The notes below the pieces were generated by a model. The model saw nothing but the letters and a program-made list of their open reading frames with translations, had not been told where the DNA came from and searched no databases. 64,000 nucleotides of DNA. Source: Tagaea sp. (lineage in GTDB: Bacteria; Pseudomonadota; Alphaproteobacteria; CACIAM-22H2). Both the position numbers and the translations under genes were made by a program. The stretch spans positions 1,568,001 to 1,632,000 of the forward strand of contig CBDIIB010000005.1 of assembly GCA_965279525.1 (NCBI GenBank), written 5' to 3'. Shown in pieces: positions 1-9,184 of this stretch; within the stretch, counting starts at the first letter, position 1, and each line of letters starts with the position of its first letter.

Positions 1-468
1 GCGGAACGCGCGGCGCACGATCGACGGGATGTCGACGGCGCGGTCGATCACCGCGTTCCACTTGGTCACGGGCTTGAACAGCGCCTTCTGGTCCAGTTCC
101 GTCAGCGTGTATTTGCCGCGCGAGGAGACCGAGATGTCGGTCGTGACCGCGAGCATGGCGACGGACGATTCGTTCGCCTCCGCGACCGCCGGCAGGATGT
201 AGGTGGCCCCGCCGCCCGACGGCCCTTCGCACACGCCGACCTTGCCGGTCAGGCGCGCATAGGTGTCGGCCATGTAGCCGGCCGAGCGTTCGTCGCGCGT
301 CAGGATATGGCGGATGCCGTGGCCGCCGGGCCCGCCGAGGCGGGCGAGCGCGTCATAGAGCGGCAGGCTGGTGTCGCCGCACAGACCGAAAACGTGGTCC
401 ACACCATGGGCCGCAAGAAGTTTCACGAAAGCTTCGGCGCCGCCGAGCCTGTTGCCGGATCCGTCCAT
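1..468 (-). CDS. Thiamine pyrophosphate-binding protein (acetolactate synthase-like), runs off the window edge
   Basis: Manual translation of the minus strand from ATG at 468: MDGSGNRLGGAEAFVKLLAAHGVDHVFGLCGDTSLPLYDAL...HILTRDERSAGYMADTYARLTGKVGVCEGPSGGGAT, typical TPP enzyme N-terminal domain. Confidence 0.88.
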   Translation of the reverse strand, partial: MDGSGNRLGGAEAFVKLLAAHGVDHVFGLCGDTSLPLYDALARLGGPGGHGIRHILTRDERSAGYMADTYARLTGKVGVCEGPSGGGATYILPAVAEANESSVAMLAVTTDISVSSRGKYTLTELDQKALFKPVTKWNAVIDRAVDIPSIVRRAFR

Positions 469-625
469 TTTAAGGCTGTTCCCCCTCACGCGAAGGCCGC
501 ATCGGGCCACGCGGCAGGCATGACTGTCAACCGGGCGCTTTGGCGTTTGCGATGGCCCAAGAAACCCTTATTCTCCGCTCCCCAAGCGCCGGCCTCACAC
601 GGCGCAAGATCGCGGAGCAGCAACC

Positions 626-2119
626 ATGAAGACCCTCGGCCATTTCGTTTCCGGCAAGTCGGTTCCCGGCACGTCCGGGCGCACCGGCGCCGTTTTCAAC
701 CCGGCGACCGGCGAGCAGCAGGCCGCCGTGGCGCTCGCCAGTGCCGCCGAGGTCAACGCCGTCGTCGCCGATGCCGCCGCCGCCTACGAGGGCTGGTCGA
801 CCACGCCGCCGCTGCTGCGCGCGCGCGTGCTGTTCAAGTTCAAGGAACTGCTGGAAAAGCGCCGCGACGACATCGCGAAACTCATCACCGCCGAACACGG
901 CAAGACCTTCGAGGACGCCAAGGGCGAACTGGTGCGCGGGCTCGAGGTCGTCGAGTTCGCGTGCGGCATCCCGCATCTGCTGAAGGGCGAGTTCACCGAC
1001 AATGTGGGCCGCAACATCGACAGTTTCTCGGTGCGCCAGTCGCTGGGCGTCGTTGCCGGCATCACGCCGTTCAACTTCCCCGTCATGGTGCCGATGTGGA
1101 TGTTCCCGGTCGCCATCGCGTGCGGCAACACGTTCATCCTGAAGCCGTCGGAGAAGGACCCGAGCCCCGGCCTGCTGCTGGCGGAAATCGCGCTCGAAGC
1201 CGGCCTGCCGCCGGGCGTGCTCAACGTCGTCAATGGCGACAAGGAAGCGGTCGACACGCTGCTCAACCACCCGAAGATCCAGGCGATCAGCTTCGTCGGC
1301 TCGACGCCGATCGGCGAGTACGTCTACAGGACGGGTGCCGCGAGCGGCAAGCGCGTGCAGGCCCTGTGCGGTGCGAAGAACCACATGGTCGTGATGCCCG
1401 ACGCCGACATGGACCAGGCGACCGACGCGCTGATGGGGGCGGGCTACGGCTCGGCCGGCGAACGCTGCATGGCGATCTCGGTCGCCGTTGCGGTCGGCAA
1501 GGCCGGGGACGCGCTGATGGAACGCCTCATCCCGAAGGTCTCGGCGCTTAAAGTAGGCCCCGGCATGGACCCGACGAGCGAGATGGGCCCGCTCGTCACC
1601 AAGGAACACCTCGCCAAGGTGAAGGGCTATGTCGATATCGGCGTGAAAGAGGGCGCGACGCTCGCGGTCGACGGGCGCGGCCTCAAGCTGCAGGGCTACG
1701 AGGGCGGCTACTTCATCGGCGGCACGCTGTTCGACAACGTCACGCCCGACATGCGCATCTACAAGGAAGAGATCTTCGGCCCCGTGCTGTCGGTCGTGCG
1801 CGCGAAGAACTTCGACGAGGCACTCAAGCTCGTCAACGACCACGAATACGGCAACGGCACCGCGATCTTCACGCGCGACGGCGACAGCGCGCGCACGTTC
1901 CAGCAGAACGTGCAGGCCGGCATGGTCGGCATCAACGTGCCGATCCCGGTCCCGATGGCCTTCCACAGCTTCGGCGGCTGGAAGCGCTCGATCTTCGGCG
2001 ACCGCAACGCCTATGGCCCCGAGGGCGTCGGCTTCTACACGAAGCTCAAGACCACGACCGCGCGCTGGCCGACGGGGCTGCGCGCCGGGGCGGAGTTCGT
2101 GATGCCGACGATGAAGTGA
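626..2119 (+). CDS. mmsA: CoA-acylating methylmalonate-semialdehyde dehydrogenase
   Basis: ALDH motifs [47 protein letters not shown]; RBS GGAG upstream. Confidence 0.95.
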   Translation: MKTLGHFVSGKSVPGTSGRTGAVFNPATGEQQAAVALASAAEVNAVVADAAAAYEGWSTTPPLLRARVLFKFKELLEKRRDDIAKLITAEHGKTFEDAKGELVRGLEVVEFACGIPHLLKGEFTDNVGRNIDSFSVRQSLGVVAGITPFNFPVMVPMWMFPVAIACGNTFILKPSEKDPSPGLLLAEIALEAGLPPGVLNVVNGDKEAVDTLLNHPKIQAISFVGSTPIGEYVYRTGAASGKRVQALCGAKNHMVVMPDADMDQATDALMGAGYGSAGERCMAISVAVAVGKAGDALMERLIPKVSALKVGPGMDPTSEMGPLVTKEHLAKVKGYVDIGVKEGATLAVDGRGLKLQGYEGGYFIGGTLFDNVTPDMRIYKEEIFGPVLSVVRAKNFDEALKLVNDHEYGNGTAIFTRDGDSARTFQQNVQAGMVGINVPIPVPMAFHSFGGWKRSIFGDRNAYGPEGVGFYTKLKTTTARWPTGLRAGAEFVMPTMK

Positions 2120-2125
2120 CGGCGC

Positions 2126-2683
2126 CTAACGCGGCCCCGGTTTCCCTTCCATCACCCAGCTCATGAACGTGAAGGTATATTCGCGCGCCGTGTCGCGCCG
2201 CGACGTGTGGCACACGAAGCAGGGCTGCGTGTTCACGCCCGTGCGCTTGACGCCTTCGGGCGTATAGGCGGCGTACTCCCAGTTGGCATTGCGCCATTCG
2301 GCCGGATATTCGGTGCCCCAGCCGGCACGCTTCTCCATGACCGCGATTGCGGCGACCTGGCCTGTCGGCACGAGCCGGCCCCGGGCGTCGCGCACCGCCT
2401 TGCCGTCGGAGCCGAGCGTGGCGATCCGGTCTTCCATCACCAGCACCGTGCCGTCCGGCACCGGTGCGCCGGCGCGCGCGGCGGATGCCGCCTCCGGGTT
2501 CACGTACATGAAGCGGACCTGGTTGGGCGTGCGGTCGGGCCGCTCGATCTCGTTGTAGAGGACGTAGCGGCTGCGCCAGTCGGCGGGCAGTTCGACCTTC
2601 TCGGGCCCTGCCGCGGCGGTGAACGGCGCGAGAGCGACCGGGGCAAGCGCGGCGACGGCAAGGAACAGGAATCGGGCGTTCAT
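2126..2683 (-). CDS. Cytochrome P460 / cytochrome c'-beta family periplasmic c-type cytochrome
   Basis: Signal peptide, PDGTVLVME, VMEK..GW, WEYAAY, C-terminal CxxCH (CFVCH). Confidence 0.85.
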   Translation of the reverse strand: MNARFLFLAVAALAPVALAPFTAAAGPEKVELPADWRSRYVLYNEIERPDRTPNQVRFMYVNPEAASAARAGAPVPDGTVLVMEDRIATLGSDGKAVRDARGRLVPTGQVAAIAVMEKRAGWGTEYPAEWRNANWEYAAYTPEGVKRTGVNTQPCFVCHTSRRDTAREYTFTFMSWVMEGKPGPR

Positions 2684-2695
2684 GTCGCGTCTCCT

Positions 2696-3028
2696 TCAGC
2701 GGACGTTGACGACGAGCTTCATGTCGCCGTGCGGCACGCACTCGACCTCGAAGCGCCCGGCGAAGGCGAGCTTGATCTCGCGCTGCTCGGTCGGCCGCTG
2801 GTTGCCGAGATCGAGGGCCCTGCCGCGCGTGGGCACGAACACGGCGTGCGTCTCGTCATCGTCGTTGACGAAGGCGATCGTGTCGCCGACGCGCGCATTG
2901 ACCGTCGCGGGGGAATAGAACCGGCCGAGCATCGTCACCTTGTGGGTGACCGGGGCCGGCGGCGGGGCAAGCGCGCACGCCCCGAGTGTGAACGTGAATC
3001 CGGCGGCGAGTGCGGCAAGGCGCTGCAT
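2696..3028 (-). CDS. Cupredoxin (amicyanin/plastocyanin-like blue copper) lipoprotein
   Basis: Lipobox-like LGAC, VGDTIAFVN-D..H, C-terminal C-x2-H-x2-M (CVPHGDM). Confidence 0.8.
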   Translation of the reverse strand: MQRLAALAAGFTFTLGACALAPPPAPVTHKVTMLGRFYSPATVNARVGDTIAFVNDDDETHAVFVPTRGRALDLGNQRPTEQREIKLAFAGRFEVECVPHGDMKLVVNVR

Positions 3029-3167
3029 GGCGGACCTCCCTGATCGTCCGCGAAGGAGTGTGGACCGCCTGCCATCTTTTGCAAGGGGGTAAGGGCCGGC
3101 TGCCGGGATTGCGCGTGAGGGTGGACGTGGTCATTCTGGGTTTCGTCCAGGAGCGGAGAAAACGCAC

Positions 3168-3956
3168 ATGACCACCGAATCCCCCGTCACGATGATCACC
3201 GGTGCCTGCGGCGGCATCGGCTCGGCGATCGTCGAGCGGCTGGCGGCGGCCGGGCATCGGCTGGTGCTCAACGGGCTCGATCCCGCGAAGCTAGACGCGC
3301 ACGTGAACCGGCTTGCGGGCCTCGGCCTTGCGGCGGTCGCGTTCCCCGGCGACGTGCGCGACCGCGCGTTGCCCGAGAAGCTGTGCGCCGTTGCGGTCGC
3401 CAGGTTCGGGCGCATCGATTGTCTGGTGAGCGGGGCGGGCACGTCGCGCCCGGTCGCGTTCGTCGACATGGACGACGAGGAGTGGGACCGGCTCGTCGAC
3501 ATCAATCTTTCGTCCGTCGCGCGCATCTCGCGCGCGGTCGTGCGCACGATGCTATCGCATGGCGGGGGCGGGGCCATCGTCCACATCTCGTCGATCGCGC
3601 ATGCCAATGGCGGGGCCAATCTCGCCTACGGGTCGGCCAAGGGGGCGGTCGCCACGCTCACCTACGGCATGGCGGCGCAGTTGGGGCCGCAGGGGATCCG
3701 CGTCAACGCGGTCGCCCCCGGCGTCATCGACACGCCCTTGGTGCGCGGTGCCTTCGAGGCGAACTTCAATGCGCTGGTCGCGGGGGCTTCGGCGCGCACG
3801 CCGTTGCGCCGCATCGGCCGGCCGCAGGACGTGGCCGAAGTCGTCGCCTTCCTGCTGTCGCCCGCCGCCGCCTTCGTGACCGGCGCGCTGGTGCCGATCA
3901 CCGGCGGCATCGAATTCCTCGCCCCCATCTCAGCCCTGCACGAAGGGGCAAAATAG
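3168..3956 (+). CDS. SDR family NAD(P)-dependent oxidoreductase
   Basis: ITGACGGIG, YGSAK (YxxxK), IRVNAVAPG. Confidence 0.92.
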   Translation: MTTESPVTMITGACGGIGSAIVERLAAAGHRLVLNGLDPAKLDAHVNRLAGLGLAAVAFPGDVRDRALPEKLCAVAVARFGRIDCLVSGAGTSRPVAFVDMDDEEWDRLVDINLSSVARISRAVVRTMLSHGGGGAIVHISSIAHANGGANLAYGSAKGAVATLTYGMAAQLGPQGIRVNAVAPGVIDTPLVRGAFEANFNALVAGASARTPLRRIGRPQDVAEVVAFLLSPAAAFVTGALVPITGGIEFLAPISALHEGAK

Positions 3957-3971
3957 GCGTATGGTTGGGAC

Positions 3972-4592
3972 ATGACCGCCCCCGCCCTCGACATCCACCA
4001 TGCGCCTTCAGGTCTCTCCGACCGTTTCGCGCTGGCGGTCACCAAGCTGCTGCGCTTCTGCGCCGACACGTTCTTCGCCAAACGTTACGGCCATCGCGCC
4101 ATCGTGCTGGAAACGGTGGCGGCGGTGCCCGGCATGGTCGCGGCGACGCTCACGCATCTGCGCTGCCTGCGCAACATGACCGACGACAAGGGCTGGATCC
4201 ATATCCTGCTCGACGAGGCCGAGAACGAGCGCATGCACCTGATGACGTTCGTCGCCATCGCCAAGCCCACGCGGTTCGAGCGCATCGTGATCCTGGCGGC
4301 ACAGTGGCTCTTCTATGTATTCTTCTTCTTCCTCTATCTCGTCAGCGCCAAGACCGCCCACCGCCTCGTCGGCTATTTCGAGGAGGAGGCGGTGATCAGC
4401 TACACGCACTATCTGCGCGAAATCGACGAGGGCCGCTCGCCCAACGTGCCGGCCCCTGAAATTGCCCGCACCTACTGGAAAGACCTGCCGGCCGACGCCA
4501 CGCTGCGCGACGTGGTGCTCGTCGTGCGCAACGACGAGGCGCATCACCGCGACGTGAATCACGGGTTCGCAGGCGAACTCGCCGCGGCGTAG
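3972..4592 (+). CDS. aox: Alternative oxidase (ubiquinol oxidase, di-iron carboxylate)
   Basis: AOX signatures LETVAAVPGM, EAENERMHL, YFEEEA, RNDEAHHRDVNH. Confidence 0.95.
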   Translation: MTAPALDIHHAPSGLSDRFALAVTKLLRFCADTFFAKRYGHRAIVLETVAAVPGMVAATLTHLRCLRNMTDDKGWIHILLDEAENERMHLMTFVAIAKPTRFERIVILAAQWLFYVFFFFLYLVSAKTAHRLVGYFEEEAVISYTHYLREIDEGRSPNVPAPEIARTYWKDLPADATLRDVVLVVRNDEAHHRDVNHGFAGELAAA

Positions 4593-4602
4593 AGGCTTTC
4601 CT

Positions 4603-4953
4603 TCAGTTCTTCGGCGCCACTCGCGCCGCGAACGACTGCGCGACGATCTTGCCGCCGCGCACCACGAACGTGTCGGTCGCGAATTCGTAGCGGTTGTCGG
4701 CCGTCTCGGCCGACCAGACGATATAGGCGTGCTCGCCGTCGCTGGTGCGGTGCTGGAGGTCGAACGAGGCGCCCGGCTTGCCGAATTCCCAGATCAGCGC
4801 CTGGAACAGCGGGCGGATCGCGTCGACGCCCTTGAGCGGGCCGGCGGGCGTGAACAGCACGGCGCCCGGCGCGTAATCGGAAAGTATGCCGTCGAGATCG
4901 CCCTTGGCGAACGCGCCCAGATGATTGTCCAGAACGTCGTCGGTCGACACCAT
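4603..4953 (-). CDS. SnoaL-like / NTF2 family protein
   Basis: 116 aa, HLGAFAKGDLDGILSDY...TDTFVVRGGKIVAQ; RBS GGAGG. Confidence 0.82.
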   Translation of the reverse strand: MVSTDDVLDNHLGAFAKGDLDGILSDYAPGAVLFTPAGPLKGVDAIRPLFQALIWEFGKPGASFDLQHRTSDGEHAYIVWSAETADNRYEFATDTFVVRGGKIVAQSFAARVAPKN

Positions 4954-5271
4954 TTACCATTCCTCCGCTGCCGGTCGCGATGCCCTGTTTACGGGCGTCG
5001 GACGGCGGTGCGAATGACCGGGAGACCGGAATACGTGACCGTTCTGCCGTATCGCGCGGCCTGCGCGATTTGGGGTTGCAATCACCGATGGCCCAGACCA
5101 AATTCCTTGCATTGTCCGGGTCCACTTTCCGGGCATGCGCTGTTTGACATGTGAATATGTTTTCCCGCGATGCACCGGTTGCATCGAATCGCGTTGCAGT
5201 AACACATGAATAACTTCAAAGGCTTAAATACGTTACGGTTGCACGTCGTAACCAGTACTTTTCCGGCGGGC

Positions 5272-5287
5272 TGGAATGCCGCTTGCT
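5272..5287 (+). promoter_or_regulatory. Putative sigma54 (-24/-12) promoter
   Basis: TGGAAT-GCCGC-TTGCT (GG-N10-GC) about 55 bp upstream of the FAD oxidoreductase start, in an AT-rich intergenic region. Confidence 0.6.
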
Positions 5288-5339
5288 AGGGCATTCTAGT
5301 TGTAGGACGTCACCGCCATCCAAGGAACGGATAGAACCC

Positions 5340-6737
5340 ATGCCCGATCTCAGCCTGTTCCTCGCTTCCGTCGGCGACGTGCCGACGATCACCGACCCGG
5401 TAATCGTGCGCCAGAAGAGCCGCGACATGACGGCGGCGTTCAGCCCGGTGATGAAGAAGGAACTGGCCGACAAGTCGGCCGACGTGATCGTCCGCCCGCG
5501 CACCAAGGCGGAGATCGCGCGCGTGGCGTCGGCGGCAGCGAAGTCCCGCCTGCCGCTGATCGCGCGCGGCGGCGGGACCGCCAATTTCGGCCAGGGCATC
5601 CCGCTTGCCGGCGGGGCGATCCTCGACCTCACGGCCTACGAGGGGATCGTCTGGCAGAAGCCGGGTGCCGCCCGCATGCGCGCGGGCACGCGGCTTTTCG
5701 ACATCGATGCCGCGACGCGGCCCAACGGGTGGGAGCTGCGCATCTTCTCGTCGACCAAGAAGGCCGCGACGATCGGCGGCTTCGTCGGCGGCGGGCATTC
5801 GGGCATCGGGGCCGCCGTGCACGGCATCCTGCGCGACCGGGGCAACATCCTCGGCATGGAAGTGATGAGCGTCGAGGAAGAGCCCAAGACCGTCGAGCTG
5901 CGCGGGCGCGACTGCAATCTCGTCCACCACGCCTATGGCGCCAACGGCATCATGATCGAGGTCGAGATGCCGCTCGCCCCGGCCTGGCCGTGGCGCGAGG
6001 CCTATGTGCAGTTCGAGGATTTCATGGATGCCGCACGCTTCGCGGTCGAGCTGGCCGAGGCCGACGGCATCGTGCGCAAGGTCGTCTCGCTGCAGCAATG
6101 GCCGGTCCCCTCGATGATCCGCGCCTTCGAAAGCGTGGCCAAGCCCGGCTTCTCGGCCGTGCTGGCACTCGTGGCCGAACCTTCGCTCGAAGCCTTCGCC
6201 GATCTGGTGAAGGCGCATCGCGGCCACGCAGAGCCCCTGTGCGCCGAGGGCGATGGCCCGTGGGGCGCACCGCTTTACGAATTCCTGTGGGGCCACACGC
6301 TGCTCAACGTCAACAAGACGGACCGTTCGCGCAAGAACGTCGCCGGCCTTTTCCCGCCCCACGACCTGATCGGCGCCATCGGCCGCGCGGCCAAGCGCTT
6401 CGCCGACGTGGGCCCCCTCCATCTCGAGGCCAAGCGCATTGACGGCCGGCTGTCGTTCCAGGGTTCGCCGCTGTTCAGCTACCGCGACGAGGCGCAGATG
6501 GCCGACATCGTGCGCGGCCTCACCGCCGAGGGCTGCGAAGTGGCCAACAACCACACCTTCCTCGTCAAGGAAGGCGGCATGAAGATCGTCGACGAGCGCG
6601 ACATGGACTTCAAGCGCCTGATGGATCCCTACGACCTGATGAACCCGGGCAAGCTGTCGATCGACGAAGCGAGCCGCAAGTCGAGTGCCGGGGCTTCGCT
6701 GCCGACCGCGATCTGGAACTACCGGCAGGCGGTCTGA
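5340..6737 (+). CDS. FAD-binding oxidoreductase (FAD_binding_4 / VAO-GlcD family)
   Basis: RGGGTANFGQG, ATIGGFVGGG, C-terminal DPYDLMNPGK; ATG at 5340 chosen after AAGGA. Confidence 0.85.
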   Translation: MPDLSLFLASVGDVPTITDPVIVRQKSRDMTAAFSPVMKKELADKSADVIVRPRTKAEIARVASAAAKSRLPLIARGGGTANFGQGIPLAGGAILDLTAYEGIVWQKPGAARMRAGTRLFDIDAATRPNGWELRIFSSTKKAATIGGFVGGGHSGIGAAVHGILRDRGNILGMEVMSVEEEPKTVELRGRDCNLVHHAYGANGIMIEVEMPLAPAWPWREAYVQFEDFMDAARFAVELAEADGIVRKVVSLQQWPVPSMIRAFESVAKPGFSAVLALVAEPSLEAFADLVKAHRGHAEPLCAEGDGPWGAPLYEFLWGHTLLNVNKTDRSRKNVAGLFPPHDLIGAIGRAAKRFADVGPLHLEAKRIDGRLSFQGSPLFSYRDEAQMADIVRGLTAEGCEVANNHTFLVKEGGMKIVDERDMDFKRLMDPYDLMNPGKLSIDEASRKSSAGASLPTAIWNYRQAV

Positions 6738-8093
6738 TCAGGGGCCGCCGACGACCGCGTCCAGCTCGCGATAATCGGGAACACTGGCAACCAGTCGCGT
6801 GCCGTCGCGCACGACGATGCGGTCGTCCTGCCCGCGCGACAGCATCTGCGACAGGCTGCGCGCGGCAAGCACGATGAAATCGGCGGGAGCACCCTTCCTG
6901 AAGCGGCCGGCATCGGGCAGCTTCATGATGTCGGCGGGCGTGCTCGACGCCGCGCGCGGCCAGTCGGCGAAAGGATGGTCGAGCTGCAGGATGCGCACGG
7001 CGTTGGTCCACGTCTCCAGCATGTCGTGGTCGCCATAGGCGTAGAACGGGTCGCGCACGTTGTCGCCCGCCACCGCCACCCGCAGGCCTTTCGCTTTCGC
7101 CTCGTGCAGCACCGTCACGCCGCGCCAGCGCGGCGTGCGCCCCGCCTTGCGGTCCTGCAGGTACATATTGCAGGCCGGCAGGCTGACGATGTCGATGCCG
7201 GCTTGCGCGCATAGCTCCAGCGTGCGTTCGATTTCGGCTTCGTCCTGCAAGGCGAGTGCACAGACATGGCCCACGAGGATGCGGCCCTTGAAGCGCTTGG
7301 CCAGCGCGATCTTCGCGATGCGCGGTAGGGCGCGCGCTTCCGGGTCGCTCGACTCGTCGACATGCAGGTCCAGATCGAGGCCACGCTCGGCGGCAAGATC
7401 GAACAGGTTGGTGAACGCCGCATCGAAGGCCGGCGGCGGTGCGGCACCGGTCTGGCCCATCATGCGTGTCCCGCTGCCGAGCTGGCCGCCGGCAGCCGCC
7501 ACGCGGTCGGCGATCGTGCGGCCTTCGTCCGTCAGGAACGCGTCGGGCGGGCCCAGCGACGTCGCCTGCAATGCGATGCGCCCGGCCCAGCGGTCGCGCA
7601 GCTTCATGAACACCGGAAACGAGATCGCCGCCTGCGGGCCCTGCGGATCGAGATGCGTGCGGATCGCCACGGTGCCGTGCGCGTAGGCAGTGCGCACGGC
7701 GAACTCGAAGCGCGCCTCGACATCCTCCGCGGTCCAGTGCTTGGCCCGGTCGGACGCGACGGCCGTCACCGCGCCAAAGCCGGTCCCGTCGGGGTTCGGC
7801 GCGCGCGGCCAGATGTGGCCCTTGTCGAGATGCGTGTGGACGTCGACCAGGCCGGGCCACAGCAGCCTGCTGCCGGCATCGACGCCCGCCAGTTCCGCCG
7901 GCGCCGTGCCGGCCGGCAGGAACGCGGCGAAGCGCCCGGCATCGACGACGATATCGAGATTGACGATGCCTTCTCGGTCGGGGCCCTCGCTGCCGCGCAT
8001 GCCGGGGGCAGGGCCTTCGATCAGGCATGCGGGCACACGCGCTTCGCGCAGCACCCAGACCGGGGCGTGCGGAACCTCGAACGGCCGCGTCAT
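6738..8093 (-). CDS. Cytosine deaminase-like amidohydrolase (possibly pterin deaminase subgroup)
   Basis: DVHTHLDKGH, GTVAIRTH, HVDE, GDNVRDPFYAYG. Confidence 0.88.
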   Translation of the reverse strand: MTRPFEVPHAPVWVLREARVPACLIEGPAPGMRGSEGPDREGIVNLDIVVDAGRFAAFLPAGTAPAELAGVDAGSRLLWPGLVDVHTHLDKGHIWPRAPNPDGTGFGAVTAVASDRAKHWTAEDVEARFEFAVRTAYAHGTVAIRTHLDPQGPQAAISFPVFMKLRDRWAGRIALQATSLGPPDAFLTDEGRTIADRVAAAGGQLGSGTRMMGQTGAAPPPAFDAAFTNLFDLAAERGLDLDLHVDESSDPEARALPRIAKIALAKRFKGRILVGHVCALALQDEAEIERTLELCAQAGIDIVSLPACNMYLQDRKAGRTPRWRGVTVLHEAKAKGLRVAVAGDNVRDPFYAYGDHDMLETWTNAVRILQLDHPFADWPRAASSTPADIMKLPDAGRFRKGAPADFIVLAARSLSQMLSRGQDDRIVVRDGTRLVASVPDYRELDAVVGGP

Positions 8094-8100
8094 CGCAAGA

Positions 8101-9120
8101 TCAGGCGAGGCCGACGCGCTTGTTGACGAACTGCAGCGTATAGCCCTTCGTCACGTCGAGGCCGGCGGGCTGCGCGCCCGCCTCGACCATCGACTTGTAG
8201 AACGAGCTCCAGCGCGCGTCGGTCATGGCGCCGATGCCCAGCGTCTTCGCATCGCCCGATTCGACCATGCCCGAGGATTTCATGGCCGAGATCGCGTAGG
8301 CGATCTTCTCGTCGGTCATGTCGGGATTGTCTTTCTTGATGAGCGCGTTTGCCGGCGCCGCGTCGCCGTTCAGGTACGACGCCCATCCTTTCGCGACGCA
8401 GTCGACGACGCGCTGCACGAGGTCGGGCTTCTCGTTGACGAGCTTGCGCGAGGTGTTGAGCGTCGACTGGTAATTGTCGAAGCCGTAATCGGCCAGCACA
8501 TGCACGACCGGCTCGACGCCGGCCTTGCGCACGTCCAGCGGCTCGCTTGTCAGCAGGCCCTGCACCGTCATCGTCTTGTCGGCGAGGAAGGGTGCCAGGT
8601 TGAACGTGTAGGGTCGCGCCTGCTCGTCGGCGAAGCCGTACTTGGCTTTCATCCAGGCGAAATACGTCGTGCGGCCGAGCGTGGCGATCAGCAGCGGCTT
8701 GCCCTTGAGGTCGGTCAGCTTGTCGTTGCCCACGCCGGGGTGCGAGATCAGCACGCGCGGATCCTTCTGGAAGATGGCGCCGACGACGAGGAAGGGCAGG
8801 TTCTCGCGCACGTAGTTGAAGCCCGAATAGGCGTCCGACACGATCATGTCGACGCGCCCGCCCAGCAGCAGGCCCGACACGTCGACCTGCGGCCCGCCCA
8901 TGCGGATCTCGACGTCGATTCCGGCCTGCTGGAACAGGCCGGTGGCCTTCGCCTGGTAGAAGCCGCCATGCTCGGCCTGCGCGCGCCAGCCGGTCTGGAA
9001 GACGAACTTGTCGAGCGTCTGGGCGCGAAGGGCGGGGGCCGCCAGCGTGCCGACCGCGGCGGCTGCCGTCAGTTTGAGCGCATTGCGGCGCGAAAGGCCG
9101 AATTTCTGGGCATGATCCAT
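8101..9120 (-). CDS. ABC transporter substrate-binding protein, NMT1/THI5-like, Tat signal
   Basis: SRRNALK twin-Arg signal; WRAQAEHGGFYQA motif; RBS GGAGG before ATG 9120. Confidence 0.88.
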   Translation of the reverse strand: MDHAQKFGLSRRNALKLTAAAAVGTLAAPALRAQTLDKFVFQTGWRAQAEHGGFYQAKATGLFQQAGIDVEIRMGGPQVDVSGLLLGGRVDMIVSDAYSGFNYVRENLPFLVVGAIFQKDPRVLISHPGVGNDKLTDLKGKPLLIATLGRTTYFAWMKAKYGFADEQARPYTFNLAPFLADKTMTVQGLLTSEPLDVRKAGVEPVVHVLADYGFDNYQSTLNTSRKLVNEKPDLVQRVVDCVAKGWASYLNGDAAPANALIKKDNPDMTDEKIAYAISAMKSSGMVESGDAKTLGIGAMTDARWSSFYKSMVEAGAQPAGLDVTKGYTLQFVNKRVGLA

Positions 9121-9166
9121 GGGCCACCTCCATCCTGTCCGGGATCGACAGGGCTGGAGTCTGAAC

Positions 9167-9182
9167 AGCAATGTCCGTGCCG
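9167..9182 (-). promoter_or_regulatory. Putative sigma54 (-24/-12) promoter
   Basis: Minus strand CGGCAC-GGACA-TTGCT, close to consensus TGGCAC-N5-TTGCW, about 46 bp upstream of the SBP start. Confidence 0.7.
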
Positions 9183-9184
9183 GG

